A stretch of 64,000 bases of DNA from Candidatus Thorarchaeota archaeon (GCA_011364985.1 RDOC01000007.1:1495-65494); one strand, 5' to 3'. Numbered from the stretch's first letter, positions 40,142 to 50,756 are shown. Translations and numbers: made by a program. Notes: generated by a model not told the origin, from the sequence alone.

Positions 40142-40557
40142 ATTCAACAAAGAGTACTCAAGTAGCTTCCCACTTGAGTACTTCTTTGCAGATTGGACAT
40201 TTATGTTCTGCATCGTCTTTGTCTGAACTGGAGAATGGGGAATTGACACGGGAAGCGTTAGGTACAATGGTCATTGTCACTAAGCCTCTCTGTGCAGGTA
40301 TGCGTATGCTAGAGCTCTGGTTGATACAACATTTCTGATCTTCTTCTTGTTATCTTTCTTTGTCAACGCCATCTGTTGTCACCTCCGATACAGGTATGCT
40401 TGATACAGAGCATAGGTTGAGCTAATTCTTGCTCTGGATTTCTTTCTCGTCACAGACGAATTCTGGAAGTTCTTCGCTAGAGCCATAGTGGTTCACAAGA
40501 AATTCTGCTCAGAATCAGTATATATAGCGAAGCCACAATGTAGGGTCACACGTTGAA

Positions 40558-40572
40558 GTCACAATATGTGAC
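40558..40572. promoter_or_regulatory. Palindromic operator-like site GTCACAATATGTGAC downstream of a TATATATA box
   Basis: Perfect 5-6 bp inverted arms GTCACA/TGTGAC. A further GTCACAC half-site lies at ~40545. TATATATAG at 40520-40528. ORF start ATG at 40602. Confidence 0.4.
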
Positions 40573-40601
40573 TATGTGAAGGATGAGGTTGTGTTTTGTC
40601 C

Positions 40602-40853
40602 ATGAGTTTGAAAAACATCTGTGCTGTGGGCGTAATATCGAAAATACCTGATGAATATGTTATTACAACTGAAGATGGAACTCGATATAGACTCTCAGCC
40701 ATCATGCCCTATGAGGCAGTATCCCCTGACTTCGATAGGGGAGGTTTGCTTCGGCACTTGGCAGAAGAACAACGATTGTTGAAGTCACTGGTGGTCATTC
40801 GATTCAGCGCCACTATTATGGATGAGAAATCAATTCTGGCATCTTCCAAGTAA
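40602..40853 (+). CDS. Hypothetical small protein (84 aa)
   Basis: ORF-track (TTG at 40596; first ATG at 40602). Protein-like composition. Confidence 0.3.
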   Translation: MSLKNICAVGVISKIPDEYVITTEDGTRYRLSAIMPYEAVSPDFDRGGLLRHLAEEQRLLKSLVVIRFSATIMDEKSILASSK

Positions 40854-41058
40854 TCACTAATTGATGGTTGTAGAGCATTTGAAGGACATTACAATCGAAT
40901 ATCTGGGTCATTGCCTTTTTGTTGTCAATGATTGTTGACCGCCTAGTCAAGAATGAAAGAAGGATATCTCTTCTTAAGAAAATGGAGTTGAGTCATAGTG
41001 AGTGTCGATGATGCCCTTGATGCAATCATCTACCCAATACTCATTAGGATTCTGAAAA

Positions 41059-41418
41059 GTGTTATCAAGGAAGTCAGCTATGTTTGCAGACCTAAGGAGA
41101 AAGCTGGAGATTTCTAGTAGCGGGCAGCTTGATTTTGATCTAAAAGAAAATGATACTTCTAGTGACTACGGATTCGTGGGGGATGTGCGCACTGACCTCC
41201 AAAGGGTGCGCAGTCCTTTACGCAATAGACATTATACCAAAACATGGATGGCAAAGGCGGTTCTTCTTCGTAAATTTCGGCGTTGTGTTTGTAAACAATA
41301 CTACACTTGCTATAACTGCTACCGAACTCCTTCCCTTGAGCCTCGTTGTCGCTATATCATGGATCGTCTTCTATTGTTATTGGACCTTTGTGAAAAGAAA
41401 AGTACGACTACGAAATAA
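41059..41418 (+). CDS. Hypothetical protein
   Basis: ORF-track only. Confidence 0.2.
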   Translation: MLSRKSAMFADLRRKLEISSSGQLDFDLKENDTSSDYGFVGDVRTDLQRVRSPLRNRHYTKTWMAKAVLLRKFRRCVCKQYYTCYNCYRTPSLEPRCRYIMDRLLLLLDLCEKKSTTTK

Positions 41419-41521
41419 TGGTCAGTCATCAGTCAGTGAATAGATTCAACAACAGATAGAGTCCGATGTTGACGGGATCCTTCTCACGAGCAAGCCCCAT
41501 TAGATATATCTTCAGGCTATG

Positions 41522-41899
41522 CTATCCGAGCTCTACTTCGCTTTTCCAGAGACCATGAATATTGCAGTAGGCAGTGGCCATGAGCGTTCCCTTTTTCTTC
41601 GTTTTGAAGACAAACTTGGCTATGGGCTCAGTATAGATAGTGCTTGTGTCGGGTCCGTCGATGCTTTCCCCATGATGGTCGAAGGTACAGTACCCGATCT
41701 CAACAGGGAACTTCGCACCTTCCGGCCAAAAGAATAGATCACACCACTTTATGTGATGCTTTGTTTCATTAGGATGGGGTATCTCCTTTCCAACTTGAAC
41801 CATCACATGAGCCACTCCATCTTCGAATTTCTTTATCGTGATAACAGGTACATGTTTCTCACTCTTCCAGTCATCAGTTTGAATCCATTTCTTGGACAT
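41522..41899 (-). CDS. sor: Superoxide reductase (neelaredoxin/desulfoferrodoxin family, 1Fe-SOR)
   Basis: EKHVPVI, ..HP..ETKHHIKW.., CNIHGLW motifs. Confidence 0.8.
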   Translation of the reverse strand: MSKKWIQTDDWKSEKHVPVITIKKFEDGVAHVMVQVGKEIPHPNETKHHIKWCDLFFWPEGAKFPVEIGYCTFDHHGESIDGPDTSTIYTEPIAKFVFKTKKKGTLMATAYCNIHGLWKSEVELG

Positions 41900-42060
41900 T
41901 CCTATTCCTCCCAAAGCATTAGGATAGAATGATGATATAGACCTATTTATAAAAAGCCTACCAATTAGCTGTAACCACTCTGGTTTTCCTTTTCACTCGT
42001 TCTGTGCCAGACATATCATCATGTCCTAAGACCTTTAGATTCGATCTTTGATATGCCATC

Positions 42061-42375
42061 ATGGCTGGTAAGACATACCGTGATAGCCGTGGCAATTTTC
42101 GATTCAATGATTCGGGAAGACCCGTTCACAGATGGGCAACCGAGAAGAAGCTAAAACGGAAGCTTTCCCCTGGTGAGGTTGTACACCACAGAAATAGGAT
42201 CCTGATCAACAATAGGAGACGAAACCCAACAATATTCTCGTCGCAAAAGGAGCATCTAGCTCATCACATCAAACAATCATGGGAACATCCGCAGTATCGG
42301 CAAAGACACAGTCGCTGGAAATGGCAGATGCACATTAAGTCTCAATTAGAATCGTTTTTTAGTCAGTGGAAATAG
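42061..42375 (+). CDS. Small HNH-like endonuclease-domain protein
   Basis: ..VVHHRNRILINN..H..HH spacing resembles an HNH motif. Weak. Confidence 0.35.
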   Translation: MAGKTYRDSRGNFRFNDSGRPVHRWATEKKLKRKLSPGEVVHHRNRILINNRRRNPTIFSSQKEHLAHHIKQSWEHPQYRQRHSRWKWQMHIKSQLESFFSQWK

Positions 42376-42432
42376 GTTGGCTCAAGCCCATTGTAGGCTT
42401 TTCATCACATTAGTACATCGGAAGTTCTTGAT

Positions 42433-43713
42433 ATGATTGACCGAAGCAAGCTCAGGATTGATGTGGAACGACTCAATGAACTAAACGACTTCCTTTTGAA
42501 GGATGACAATCCACTAGTAACAGATTTTCTCAAGGTAATTGAGAAACATGGGGGCATCGATGAGATCAACAAAAAGGCGGAAGAAGCAAGAAAACTGGAG
42601 AATCTGATGGCTAAGCTGGAAGAGAAGAAATCTTCCTACGTCACGGATCTTTTCTGGCTTCAAGAACAACGTGATAATGATGCCTTCATAAGCATCCCTG
42701 AGTATCGCCGCCAAGTTCTAGGTGACAAGGCCGATTCCATGTCTTTTGATGAGAGCTTTGCTGTTACACTAGAAATCAGTGCATGCCAGTACTTTCCGTA
42801 TATCATTCCCCAAACAAAAGAAGCCATTGAGAAGAAGGAATTAATGCCTGGTCGTTTTATTCGCGTGCGAAATATGGCCGAGCAAGTGAAAGATAATGAT
42901 GTGATTGCTTTCGCCGCAGCAATGCAGATTGTTGGCGCATCCTATGTTGAAACACTGGACACAAAGGGAACTCTCCCCGGTCCGGATGGAGCACCCGCGA
43001 ATATTCATCTGGGTGGACCTGATACGATCACTGGATACTTCGGAGGAGTGGGGATGCCCAATGACTTCGCTCTGAAATGGGCTGATGAGTTCCTTCACTA
43101 TTACACAGAGTATGGCATCAAACAGGTCCTTAACATCAATCCTGGGAGTGTGCTCGTTGGTTACATGATGCACAAGCTCGGAATTGACATGGAGTTCAAA
43201 ATCTCTGTGTATATGGGAAATGACAATCCCTATGCTTGCCTCTGGACCCTACTAACAGCTAAGCTCTTCAGTCGCGATGATGGAACAAGTCCTCTTATTG
43301 GTTTCAATCTGGCTAACAGTGTAGACAACAAGACCATCGAGCTTGCAGCCTATGTGAGGAAGGATCTAGGATTTGAGGATGTTGTGAGAATCGAACATCA
43401 TATCACCGAGACCTACAAGTCCATCGTCCGTCAGCCATATGATCGACTTGATGAATTGGTTGAGCTCGCTGATCATGTTAAGAATATCAGTGCAAAGCAT
43501 GAAGGTGCAGGTCCAAAGATTGATGCAACACGTGAGCATCCTAGTGACATCTTGGACTATTTCAGGGCAAAAGAAGAGATAATTGAAGCTGGGGACTGGA
43601 ACTTCCTGTTGCGCAATTACCTTGACAAGCATGCTTCATTGAATAGAACGGCTAGAGTTCTTACAGAGAACGGGCTGACCTTCATTGCTGCTCAAAATCT
43701 ACACAAGAAATAG
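42433..43713 (+). CDS. Hypothetical protein (426 aa), no recognisable domain
   Basis: Long ORF with good coding composition. I recognise no motif. Confidence 0.5.
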   Translation: MIDRSKLRIDVERLNELNDFLLKDDNPLVTDFLKVIEKHGGIDEINKKAEEARKLENLMAKLEEKKSSYVTDLFWLQEQRDNDAFISIPEYRRQVLGDKADSMSFDESFAVTLEISACQYFPYIIPQTKEAIEKKELMPGRFIRVRNMAEQVKDNDVIAFAAAMQIVGASYVETLDTKGTLPGPDGAPANIHLGGPDTITGYFGGVGMPNDFALKWADEFLHYYTEYGIKQVLNINPGSVLVGYMMHKLGIDMEFKISVYMGNDNPYACLWTLLTAKLFSRDDGTSPLIGFNLANSVDNKTIELAAYVRKDLGFEDVVRIEHHITETYKSIVRQPYDRLDELVELADHVKNISAKHEGAGPKIDATREHPSDILDYFRAKEEIIEAGDWNFLLRNYLDKHASLNRTARVLTENGLTFIAAQNLHKK

Positions 43714-43748
43714 GCTAGAGATGAACAAGGTCATACAAGGCCCTTGCT

Positions 43749-44225
43749 TTACATCCAAGGTTGAATGTGTTGATCATATATGCTTTCAAGACGTTCCTTG
43801 TGAATCTGTTCTTCTTTGGCGAGAGTTTCAAAAACCGTTCGATTGGATGCATCTTCCGTTAGCTTCGAGAGTGCCTTGTAGAAATCGCGTGCGTTTTCTT
43901 CTCTCTTTATCGCCACAATAAGAATGTCCTGTGAGGTTGATGATGGTTCTAATGGAATGTCAAGAAGATACTTGCTAAGGTCATACCTGTCGAATTCGTC
44001 GATAGTGGTGCAGGTGAACGTTTCACAGACTCCGCCTCCAAGAGCCTCTTCTAGCTTCTCCTTGTGTCCGACCTCCTGTCTTGCAAGTTCCTTCAGCAAT
44101 TTTGCTGAGGATGGCAACTCCGCATTATTTGCTGCCTTTGTATAGAACTCGTAGGCCTCTTCCTCTCTTTGAATTGCAAGGGATATGAGTTTCTCAAACG
44201 ATTGTTGGACAGTTGTCAAGGTCAA
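43749..44225 (-). CDS. Rubrerythrin/ferritin-like diiron protein
   Basis: Two E..(30)..ExxH half-sites (QEVGH, EEQIH). Confidence 0.7.
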   Translation of the reverse strand: MTLTTVQQSFEKLISLAIQREEEAYEFYTKAANNAELPSSAKLLKELARQEVGHKEKLEEALGGGVCETFTCTTIDEFDRYDLSKYLLDIPLEPSSTSQDILIVAIKREENARDFYKALSKLTEDASNRTVFETLAKEEQIHKERLESIYDQHIQPWM

Positions 44226-44350
44226 TTCCCGGCCTGAATGTGCACATATGTGTTTTAAGCGTGCTGCTTTGGCTCTTTTCCATGCAGATTCTTACGTGCA
44301 TCAAAACTCTTTTGATAAGGTCATATTTCGCTCGAACTGGGACTTGGACA

Positions 44351-44797
44351 ATGGAAGAGAAGAATGGAAACAGATTCAATTGTGCTGAGAGCGTCCTTAT
44401 TAAAGTGAGTCGAGACATCTCTTTGAGCGGGTTCAATCTCTCCTGTATGAAGATTGCATCAGCATTCGGAGGAGGTGTGGGGGGCACACAGGAGATCTGT
44501 GGAGCTGCAAGTGGAGGCGCCATGTGCATAGGTCTTGCCCTTGGAACTACTGGTGATGAACCCAGTGATGTCTTCAATGAGAAGCGTACCAAGGCCAGAG
44601 AGATCACAGGAAAATTCCTTGTTGACTTTGGTAAGGCATGGGGGTCCACACGTTGCCAAGTTCTCACAGCAATGGATAAGGGTGAACAGACAGCAGATGG
44701 GACTCTCCGCATGAATGACACGGCTGTTCGTAATCGATGTGACGAATATGTCCTATGGGCAGCGAAGCAAGTCTGTGAACTGCTAAGTCGAACCTAG
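44351..44797 (+). CDS. C_GCAxxG_C_C family protein
   Basis: NCAESV..CMKIASAFGGG..CGAASGG..C pattern. Start probably MEEKNG (track ORF begins at 44213). Confidence 0.65.
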   Translation: MEEKNGNRFNCAESVLIKVSRDISLSGFNLSCMKIASAFGGGVGGTQEICGAASGGAMCIGLALGTTGDEPSDVFNEKRTKAREITGKFLVDFGKAWGSTRCQVLTAMDKGEQTADGTLRMNDTAVRNRCDEYVLWAAKQVCELLSRT

Positions 44798-44921
44798 ACC
44801 TTCTTCAACTCCAGAGTGGCATCTTCTTATCGGAATCTGTCAGATGCGAGAACGTGCTAAAACCTGATTTCATTCTTCAGTGAAGAAATGAAAGAGGTAT
44901 AGGGAGTCGCATTGACCACCG

Positions 44922-46223
44922 TTACTTTCTCGGCTCAATCTCTCTGATTCGAACTGGAAGGTATTTGTGTAGAATCTTTGGTATGACTATACTCCCATCG
45001 GCCTGTTGGTAGTTCTCCATAATGGCAACAATGGTGCGCGGATTGGCCATCATTGTACTATTCAGAGTGTGAGGATAATCCTTCTCTGTTCCGCCCTTCT
45101 TGATTCGATACTTGATGTTAAGTCGTGCTGCTTGATATGCCGTGCAATTGCTACAAGATCCTCCTTCCCGGTACTTGCCCTGTCCAGGCATCCAGAATTC
45201 TAGGTCGTATCTCTTTGCAGCTACCGTACCGATATCTCCGGTGCAGATATTCACTACTCTATAGGGTAGTTTCAAAGCTTGAACAAACTCCTCCTCGTTT
45301 TTTAAAATCTTTTCATGTATGTCCCACGACTCATCTGGATGACTGAACACGAATTGCTCGACTTTGTTGAATTGATGTACTCTAAAGATACCCTTTGTGT
45401 CTTTTCCATGACTGCCTGCTTCTCTCCTAAAGCAGGCGCTAACTCCGGCGAATCTAACAGGCAAGTCAGTTGGCTCAAGAATCTCGTCCATATACATGGC
45501 TGCTATGGGATGTTCTGAGGTGGCTATTAGATAAAGGTCCTCATCTTCAATCTTATACATCATCTCACCAAAGTCAGCAATATCGACCACACCTTCATAG
45601 GGCTCTCGCCGCATCATGAATGGTGGGTAGATTGGAGTATACTTCTTTTTGATGAGCATTTCCAGCGCCATTTGCTGCATTGCGATATCCAAAAGCACAA
45701 GTTCGTTCGTCAAGTAGTAAAACCTTGATCCGGCTATCTTAGCTGCTCTTGGTATGTCTGCAACGCCTAGTGACTCAAGAAGATCAATGTGGCTTTGAAT
45801 TTCAAAGTCAAAAACAGGCTTGCCACCCCACTCTCTTACAACTTCATTATCTTCTTCACCCATGCCATAAGGAACACTATGATGCAGGATATTTGGAATG
45901 CTCATTTGGATGGTTCGAAGCTTGTCTTTAGCCTTCTTCTTCTTCTTCTCCTTCAATTCAATTGCATTGTTCACATCATTCGCCTTGCTGGATATCAGCG
46001 AGGTATCCTTTCCCTCTTTCTTGAGCTGGCCGAACTCCCTAGAGAGACGATTTCTTTGAGTTCGTAGGTCCTGAATCTCTCTCATTAGTTTCTTCACTTT
46101 CAAGTCCAGCTTCAGAAGATTCTCAAAGTCCTTTAGTTTCGCCTCATCTCGCCTTCGATGAAGATTCTCTCTGACAACTTCCACATTCTCTCTGATGAAT
46201 TTCAGGTCCAGCACTAAGTTCAC
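44922..46223 (-). CDS. serS: Serine--tRNA ligase
   Basis: N-terminal coiled-coil (MNLVLDLKFIREN..). Class II motifs (FRRE, GSHGKDTKGIFRVHQF, GGSCSNCT). Confidence 0.9.
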   Translation of the reverse strand: MNLVLDLKFIRENVEVVRENLHRRRDEAKLKDFENLLKLDLKVKKLMREIQDLRTQRNRLSREFGQLKKEGKDTSLISSKANDVNNAIELKEKKKKKAKDKLRTIQMSIPNILHHSVPYGMGEEDNEVVREWGGKPVFDFEIQSHIDLLESLGVADIPRAAKIAGSRFYYLTNELVLLDIAMQQMALEMLIKKKYTPIYPPFMMRREPYEGVVDIADFGEMMYKIEDEDLYLIATSEHPIAAMYMDEILEPTDLPVRFAGVSACFRREAGSHGKDTKGIFRVHQFNKVEQFVFSHPDESWDIHEKILKNEEEFVQALKLPYRVVNICTGDIGTVAAKRYDLEFWMPGQGKYREGGSCSNCTAYQAARLNIKYRIKKGGTEKDYPHTLNSTMMANPRTIVAIMENYQQADGSIVIPKILHKYLPVRIREIEPRK

Positions 46224-46267
46224 ACCAGCCTATGTTTCTTCACTAGAGCGACAATATGTGCCGCTTT

Positions 46268-46954
46268 TTAGACTCTTCCCATTGACGTTTCAAGCATTGC
46301 AGAGGGGCAGAGGTCCTTCACTGCACAAACAGGGCATTTTGGATTCCTTGCATCGCATGTCTGTCTTCCGTGTGCACCAACCAGTCTTGCATACTCGTAC
46401 CACAGGTCTTGAGGAAGCAAATTCATCAGATCTTTCTCCACCTTGTTTCGATTGGATCTCTGCTTCGTAAAACCTAGCCGTTGTGTCACTCTCAATACAT
46501 GAGTATCTACAACGACGCCCTCGTTCTTTCCGAAAGCAACCGAGAGTACAACATTGGCAGTTTTCCTGCTAACTCCAGGAAGCTGAACCAACTCCTCCAT
46601 TGTCTTAGGCACTTCACTGTCGAAATTCTCCACTAGAAGTCTGGCAGAATCTCGAATGTAGGCAGACTTTCGATTGTACGTTCCGCATGGGCAGATAATC
46701 TCTTTCAAGCTATCAAGAGGCGCTTCTGCCATCTTCTGAGGCGTCGGATACTTTTCAAACAAAATAGGCGTTATGATATTCACGCAGGCGTCCGTCGTGT
46801 GCGCAGAAAGAAGTGTTGCGATTACCATCTCGAAGGGGTTGCTGTGATTAAGATAGGTCAATGGAGCATCGGGATAAGCGGCATCCAATAGATAAAGCAC
46901 TTTTTGAATTCGTTTCTTGTCATCCATCGTAGAGGTGTTCTCCTGACGAATCAT
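46268..46954 (-). CDS. nth: Endonuclease III (DNA glycosylase/AP lyase)
   Basis: HhH-GPD (LVQLPGVSRKTANVV..D). 4Fe-4S loop CDARNPKCPVCAVKDLC. Confidence 0.85.
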   Translation of the reverse strand: MIRQENTSTMDDKKRIQKVLYLLDAAYPDAPLTYLNHSNPFEMVIATLLSAHTTDACVNIITPILFEKYPTPQKMAEAPLDSLKEIICPCGTYNRKSAYIRDSARLLVENFDSEVPKTMEELVQLPGVSRKTANVVLSVAFGKNEGVVVDTHVLRVTQRLGFTKQRSNRNKVEKDLMNLLPQDLWYEYARLVGAHGRQTCDARNPKCPVCAVKDLCPSAMLETSMGRV

Positions 46955-47010
46955 TGGCTCTCTTAGTCTACGTATTCCTCAAAGGCAATAGGAGCTTGTC
47001 CTCCTGTTGA

Positions 47011-48501
47011 TTACTCCTTGTCCAAGTTCGCATCATCTATCTTGTCTTCTCCAAAATGGAATCTGCTGATTCCGCCCAGAATCATGATGTTTGATATAAA
47101 GACAAGCGCAAATAGAATTGCTGGGTCGAAGAATGTGAAGACCACTCCTCCCAGGAATGGGCCTAGGGGCGTGAAGACGAATACGATGAACCAGAACACT
47201 CCAAGGATTTTCGATGTGTCAGTTCTTGGCATTTGTTTCTGGATAAGAGTAAGAAGAACAAGATACCAAAGAGCGTCGTTAACATACTTGCCTACAATTG
47301 CAATGAATGGGGTTGTGAAAACGACCCCAAGTCCAGGAAGGATAAGGTTTGCTGAGTCAATGAGTTCCTGTGGTGCCCAGATTGGAAACTGCTGTGCTAT
47401 CATCAGCAGGAACGCACATATCGGCATAATGGCATAAACTGTTAGAGCAGTTCGTCGCATTCCTTTTTTATCCGACATTCTTCCAATCTTGAGTTGCAGA
47501 GGAACAGTGACCAGCAAAGAAACCAGGACAATGATATTGATTCCTGCAAAGTCCACATTCAGGAATTCATTGGTATAGATTAACGCACCGAATTTGAAGA
47601 GGGCATCACTAAGTGCATCTAGCATTACAATACCCAGCACCCCTGGCATTATTCCAAAGATCAAATTGACAGCGCGTTTGTTTTCACTTATGAAGTCACG
47701 CCAGAGTGGGATTTCATTCTCTCTCTTCTCCTGTTCACCACCTTTTAGGTAGACATATCTGACTATGGTGCACACCATGAGTGCACAGCCTGCAATAAGA
47801 AATATCAGTTGCATCCCGCCAATGAATCCCATAATAGGCATTAGCACATGAAAGGCAACTAATGTTAGGATGCCAAATGAAGATCCTGCAGTAAATAGCG
47901 CAATTGCAAGGCCACTGTGCTGTCGCGGAATATTGTCCAAGATATAGGCTGACGAGCCTCCCTTTACCAGATCCATTAGCGAATAAATCACAAGAGCTGC
48001 AAAGATCAGTGCGAACTCCATTGTTAGTCCCATTATGAGATTGAATACTGCTGCCAGAAACATTGCGATGACAGACAACGATTTACGATTTACGATATCT
48101 CCTAGATATCCTCCCAAGAGTCTTGAAATCGCTGAAATTGCTGCCGTGATTGCACACACCGTTCCTAGGATTATGAAATCCCAGCCTATGTTGAATAGGT
48201 ACAGATTAAAGTATCCATAGATCGCCGAAAAGGCATTGAATACCCATGCTGTTGATAAATAGATGGCATAATTGCGCCACGAGAATATAGATTTTAGAGC
48301 TTCTCGGACGCCATGCTGTTCATCGCCTTTCTTTGCCAACGCATTCAATTCCGCTTTATCCCCCTCCTCAAGTAGATAATTCCGAGTCGAACTATCTCCT
48401 ACTTCCTTGTCGCTCCTTACCTCCTGCGTGGCTAATCTGTCCATATATCGTTCCTCTGTTTTGTGTACCGTTCCATCTCTCTCTCCAAAACACCTCGTCA
48501 C
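47011..48501 (-). CDS. MFS transporter
   Basis: 496 aa, 12-14 TM. Confidence 0.7.
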   Translation of the reverse strand: MTRCFGERDGTVHKTEERYMDRLATQEVRSDKEVGDSSTRNYLLEEGDKAELNALAKKGDEQHGVREALKSIFSWRNYAIYLSTAWVFNAFSAIYGYFNLYLFNIGWDFIILGTVCAITAAISAISRLLGGYLGDIVNRKSLSVIAMFLAAVFNLIMGLTMEFALIFAALVIYSLMDLVKGGSSAYILDNIPRQHSGLAIALFTAGSSFGILTLVAFHVLMPIMGFIGGMQLIFLIAGCALMVCTIVRYVYLKGGEQEKRENEIPLWRDFISENKRAVNLIFGIMPGVLGIVMLDALSDALFKFGALIYTNEFLNVDFAGINIIVLVSLLVTVPLQLKIGRMSDKKGMRRTALTVYAIMPICAFLLMIAQQFPIWAPQELIDSANLILPGLGVVFTTPFIAIVGKYVNDALWYLVLLTLIQKQMPRTDTSKILGVFWFIVFVFTPLGPFLGGVVFTFFDPAILFALVFISNIMILGGISRFHFGEDKIDDANLDKE

Positions 48502-49178
48502 CCATTCTGCGGCATACCTTGAGGCTTACGCATGCACTTACAGTAGAGCGCTGGCATACGTTGGACAGAGTCCATTCCTCCTTAGGAATTGATGTTGGTT
48601 ACGCTACGGTACAGATCCATACTATATTAGCTCCTTCCGCTCATTACGTTATGCTCCATTGAACTCACTGGAGGGATAAATCCCTCTATTGGAGTTCGCT
48701 TTCACACGCAATTGCCGGTTTCACTCAAAGACTAGCACCTTTACGTCTCCATTGCCATCTGGCATAGCAACAAGACTGTGCGAGCAAATGTCTGCGGTGA
48801 GCACCAGACAATCCGGTGGCGTTTGAGAACTGATCAAGTTCCTAACAGCCAGCTCCAAGTTGAGCGCAACGAGCCTAACGAGTTCGGGGTCGGTAAAGGG
48901 ATCTACTGCTCTTCCTTCTTCTGGTACATATGCACTTGCAAACGCTGTTGCGGTTTTTTCTGAAATCATTTCTTTTCCTCCTATTATTAGGATATTCGAT
49001 TTTTACCATGGTTCTGGAATTTCGCTTCCTGTTGGGGCCATACATTCTCTCTCCGTTTGTTTATTCTCTCTCTGATTTAGTCAGATTATACCGATGACAC
49101 GATGACATCAAGGCCAATCGACTCATACAGACATCATGTTAACCTAGAATCCACTATTCACTGCAGGCAGTAAATAGG

Positions 49179-49337
49179 TCAGTATGGAAGTGGATCTTCA
49201 CATGGTGGCTGTATAACGGTCGATATGCCACGAACAACTCCGATTGATAGCAGCTCTAAGGCGACACGGTTCTCTGTCATGTTCTCATAGAGGCTTCGAA
49301 TCTTCTCTGTGCTAATCGCTTTCACCTCCTTCGTCAT
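49179..49337 (-). CDS. Unlisted small ORF (52 aa) MTKEVKAISTEKIRSLYENMTENRVALELLSIGVVRGISTVIQPPCEDPLPY
   Basis: Hand-translated from the minus strand inside the ~700-bp gap 48970-49673. Has AAGGAGGTG (SD-like) inside its own first codons (unusual). Below the track's 60-aa cut-off. Confidence 0.15.
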   Translation of the reverse strand: MTKEVKAISTEKIRSLYENMTENRVALELLSIGVVRGISTVIQPPCEDPLPY

Positions 49338-49673
49338 CTTGCGTTCGGTATGGCATCACTAAGCGATGCTCATAATCAAGGAATGAGTAATTCTGGCATA
49401 AGTGACCTTCGGTCAACCTATTACCGAGATATGTATCTGGATATTCATCCTTGACGTAAAACATCGCCCGCAATGTACTGACAAGCAATTAAGGGCAAAA
49501 CCCACATATGAAAGGGTCGAGTTTGGATTCTCTGGCGCAGAAAGTGCTAATTGACCATCTCCGTCGGTTTCCAGAATCCAGCGGCGAAATCACGAAACAC
49601 CGGTAGATAAATAGGACACGAGCACGCCTAACATCTTAACAATCGGTCATACAAAATCTGTGGAGGCTAGATA

Positions 49674-50753
49674 GTGGATGGACTAGGGTCTGGCGAATTA
49701 CGGCTTCTTAGAAGAGTTACTATCTCACCAAGGCTACGAAAAGCTGCTTTAGCCAAAGAACTGGGAATCTCAAGATCTGCAATTACTCAACTTTGGGACA
49801 AGCTAGAGTACAGCAGAAATCTTCGTATCGAGTCCTACTTCGACCATGGCCTTCTAGGACTCACAATCTTATTCGGCTGGGCAAAGGCAGAGGAGGGATC
49901 AGAAGTGTTGTTCAAATTCGCGACATGGCTGCGTTCCAACCCACTTGTATCAAGAGTTGTAGAATCTGCTATTTCCTCTTCAATGGACCATCGCGTCTAC
50001 TTTGAAGCCAGACTTCCAGCTGGTCCGCGCGGTAACTGGTTTCGCAGTCAGCTTGCTCGTTTTGAGAAGCGTCCGTACAGCCTCCGTCTTATCTATACTT
50101 CAGCATCACACATTGCTCATCATATGAATCTTGGGCTTTTTGATGGTTCTCAATGGGATTTTGATGTTGGGTTTCGATTTACGGCTGCTATTGATATGGC
50201 AAGAGGATACGCAGATGTCATTCCAGTTGATCGCACAGTTCAACAAACTGCCCAAGGCGAGCTTGATAGTGAAACGCTTGTGGTAGCCGCCGCGCTGAAT
50301 CAGAATTACCACGCTACCGCACTTGACTTACATGAATGCTATCTGCGTCTAGGGCTCAACCCCCCCTCCGAAAGAACATTGCGGAGAAGGCTGAATTATC
50401 TGAGAAAAGAAGCAATTCCTTATGTAGGAATTGAAAACATCGGTCTCACAAAGACGGCTGTTATTAGTCTGCATCATCCATCAACCGGTTCTGAGATTGC
50501 GCGACTTCTACTTGCACAAGCAAGCACACTTCCAAAAACCAGAGCCGTTTACGCACCCACAATGACTATCCTGATTACGGAACTGCCTGAACCAGTAGAG
50601 TGGTTCACCCTCTCTCAGGCACTATCTCCGCTTGCTGCTTCCTCCATCGAGATGTGTACATTTATAGCAGATGGCTCTCAATTATGGAAATCACTTGAGA
50701 GTTTTACGCAATACATGATTTCAAGTATCTCTTCAAGTGAAGATGGCATATAG
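49674..50753 (+). CDS. Tandem Lrp/AsnC-module protein (repeated HTH+RAM-like units)
   Basis: LRLLRRVTISPRLRKAALAKELGISRSAITQLWDKLE + GLTILFGWAK.. is an Lrp-like HTH plus RAM. A second unit sits at ..ERTLRRRLNYLRKEAIPYVGIENIGLTKTAVISL. Confidence 0.45.
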   Translation: MDGLGSGELRLLRRVTISPRLRKAALAKELGISRSAITQLWDKLEYSRNLRIESYFDHGLLGLTILFGWAKAEEGSEVLFKFATWLRSNPLVSRVVESAISSSMDHRVYFEARLPAGPRGNWFRSQLARFEKRPYSLRLIYTSASHIAHHMNLGLFDGSQWDFDVGFRFTAAIDMARGYADVIPVDRTVQQTAQGELDSETLVVAAALNQNYHATALDLHECYLRLGLNPPSERTLRRRLNYLRKEAIPYVGIENIGLTKTAVISLHHPSTGSEIARLLLAQASTLPKTRAVYAPTMTILITELPEPVEWFTLSQALSPLAASSIEMCTFIADGSQLWKSLESFTQYMISSISSSEDGI

Positions 50754-50756
50754 CAC

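Noticed and set aside
49285-49310. tRNA T-arm-like GGCTTCGAATC
   Set aside because: No matching acceptor, D or anticodon arms can be formed. The region is better explained as part of a small minus-strand ORF.
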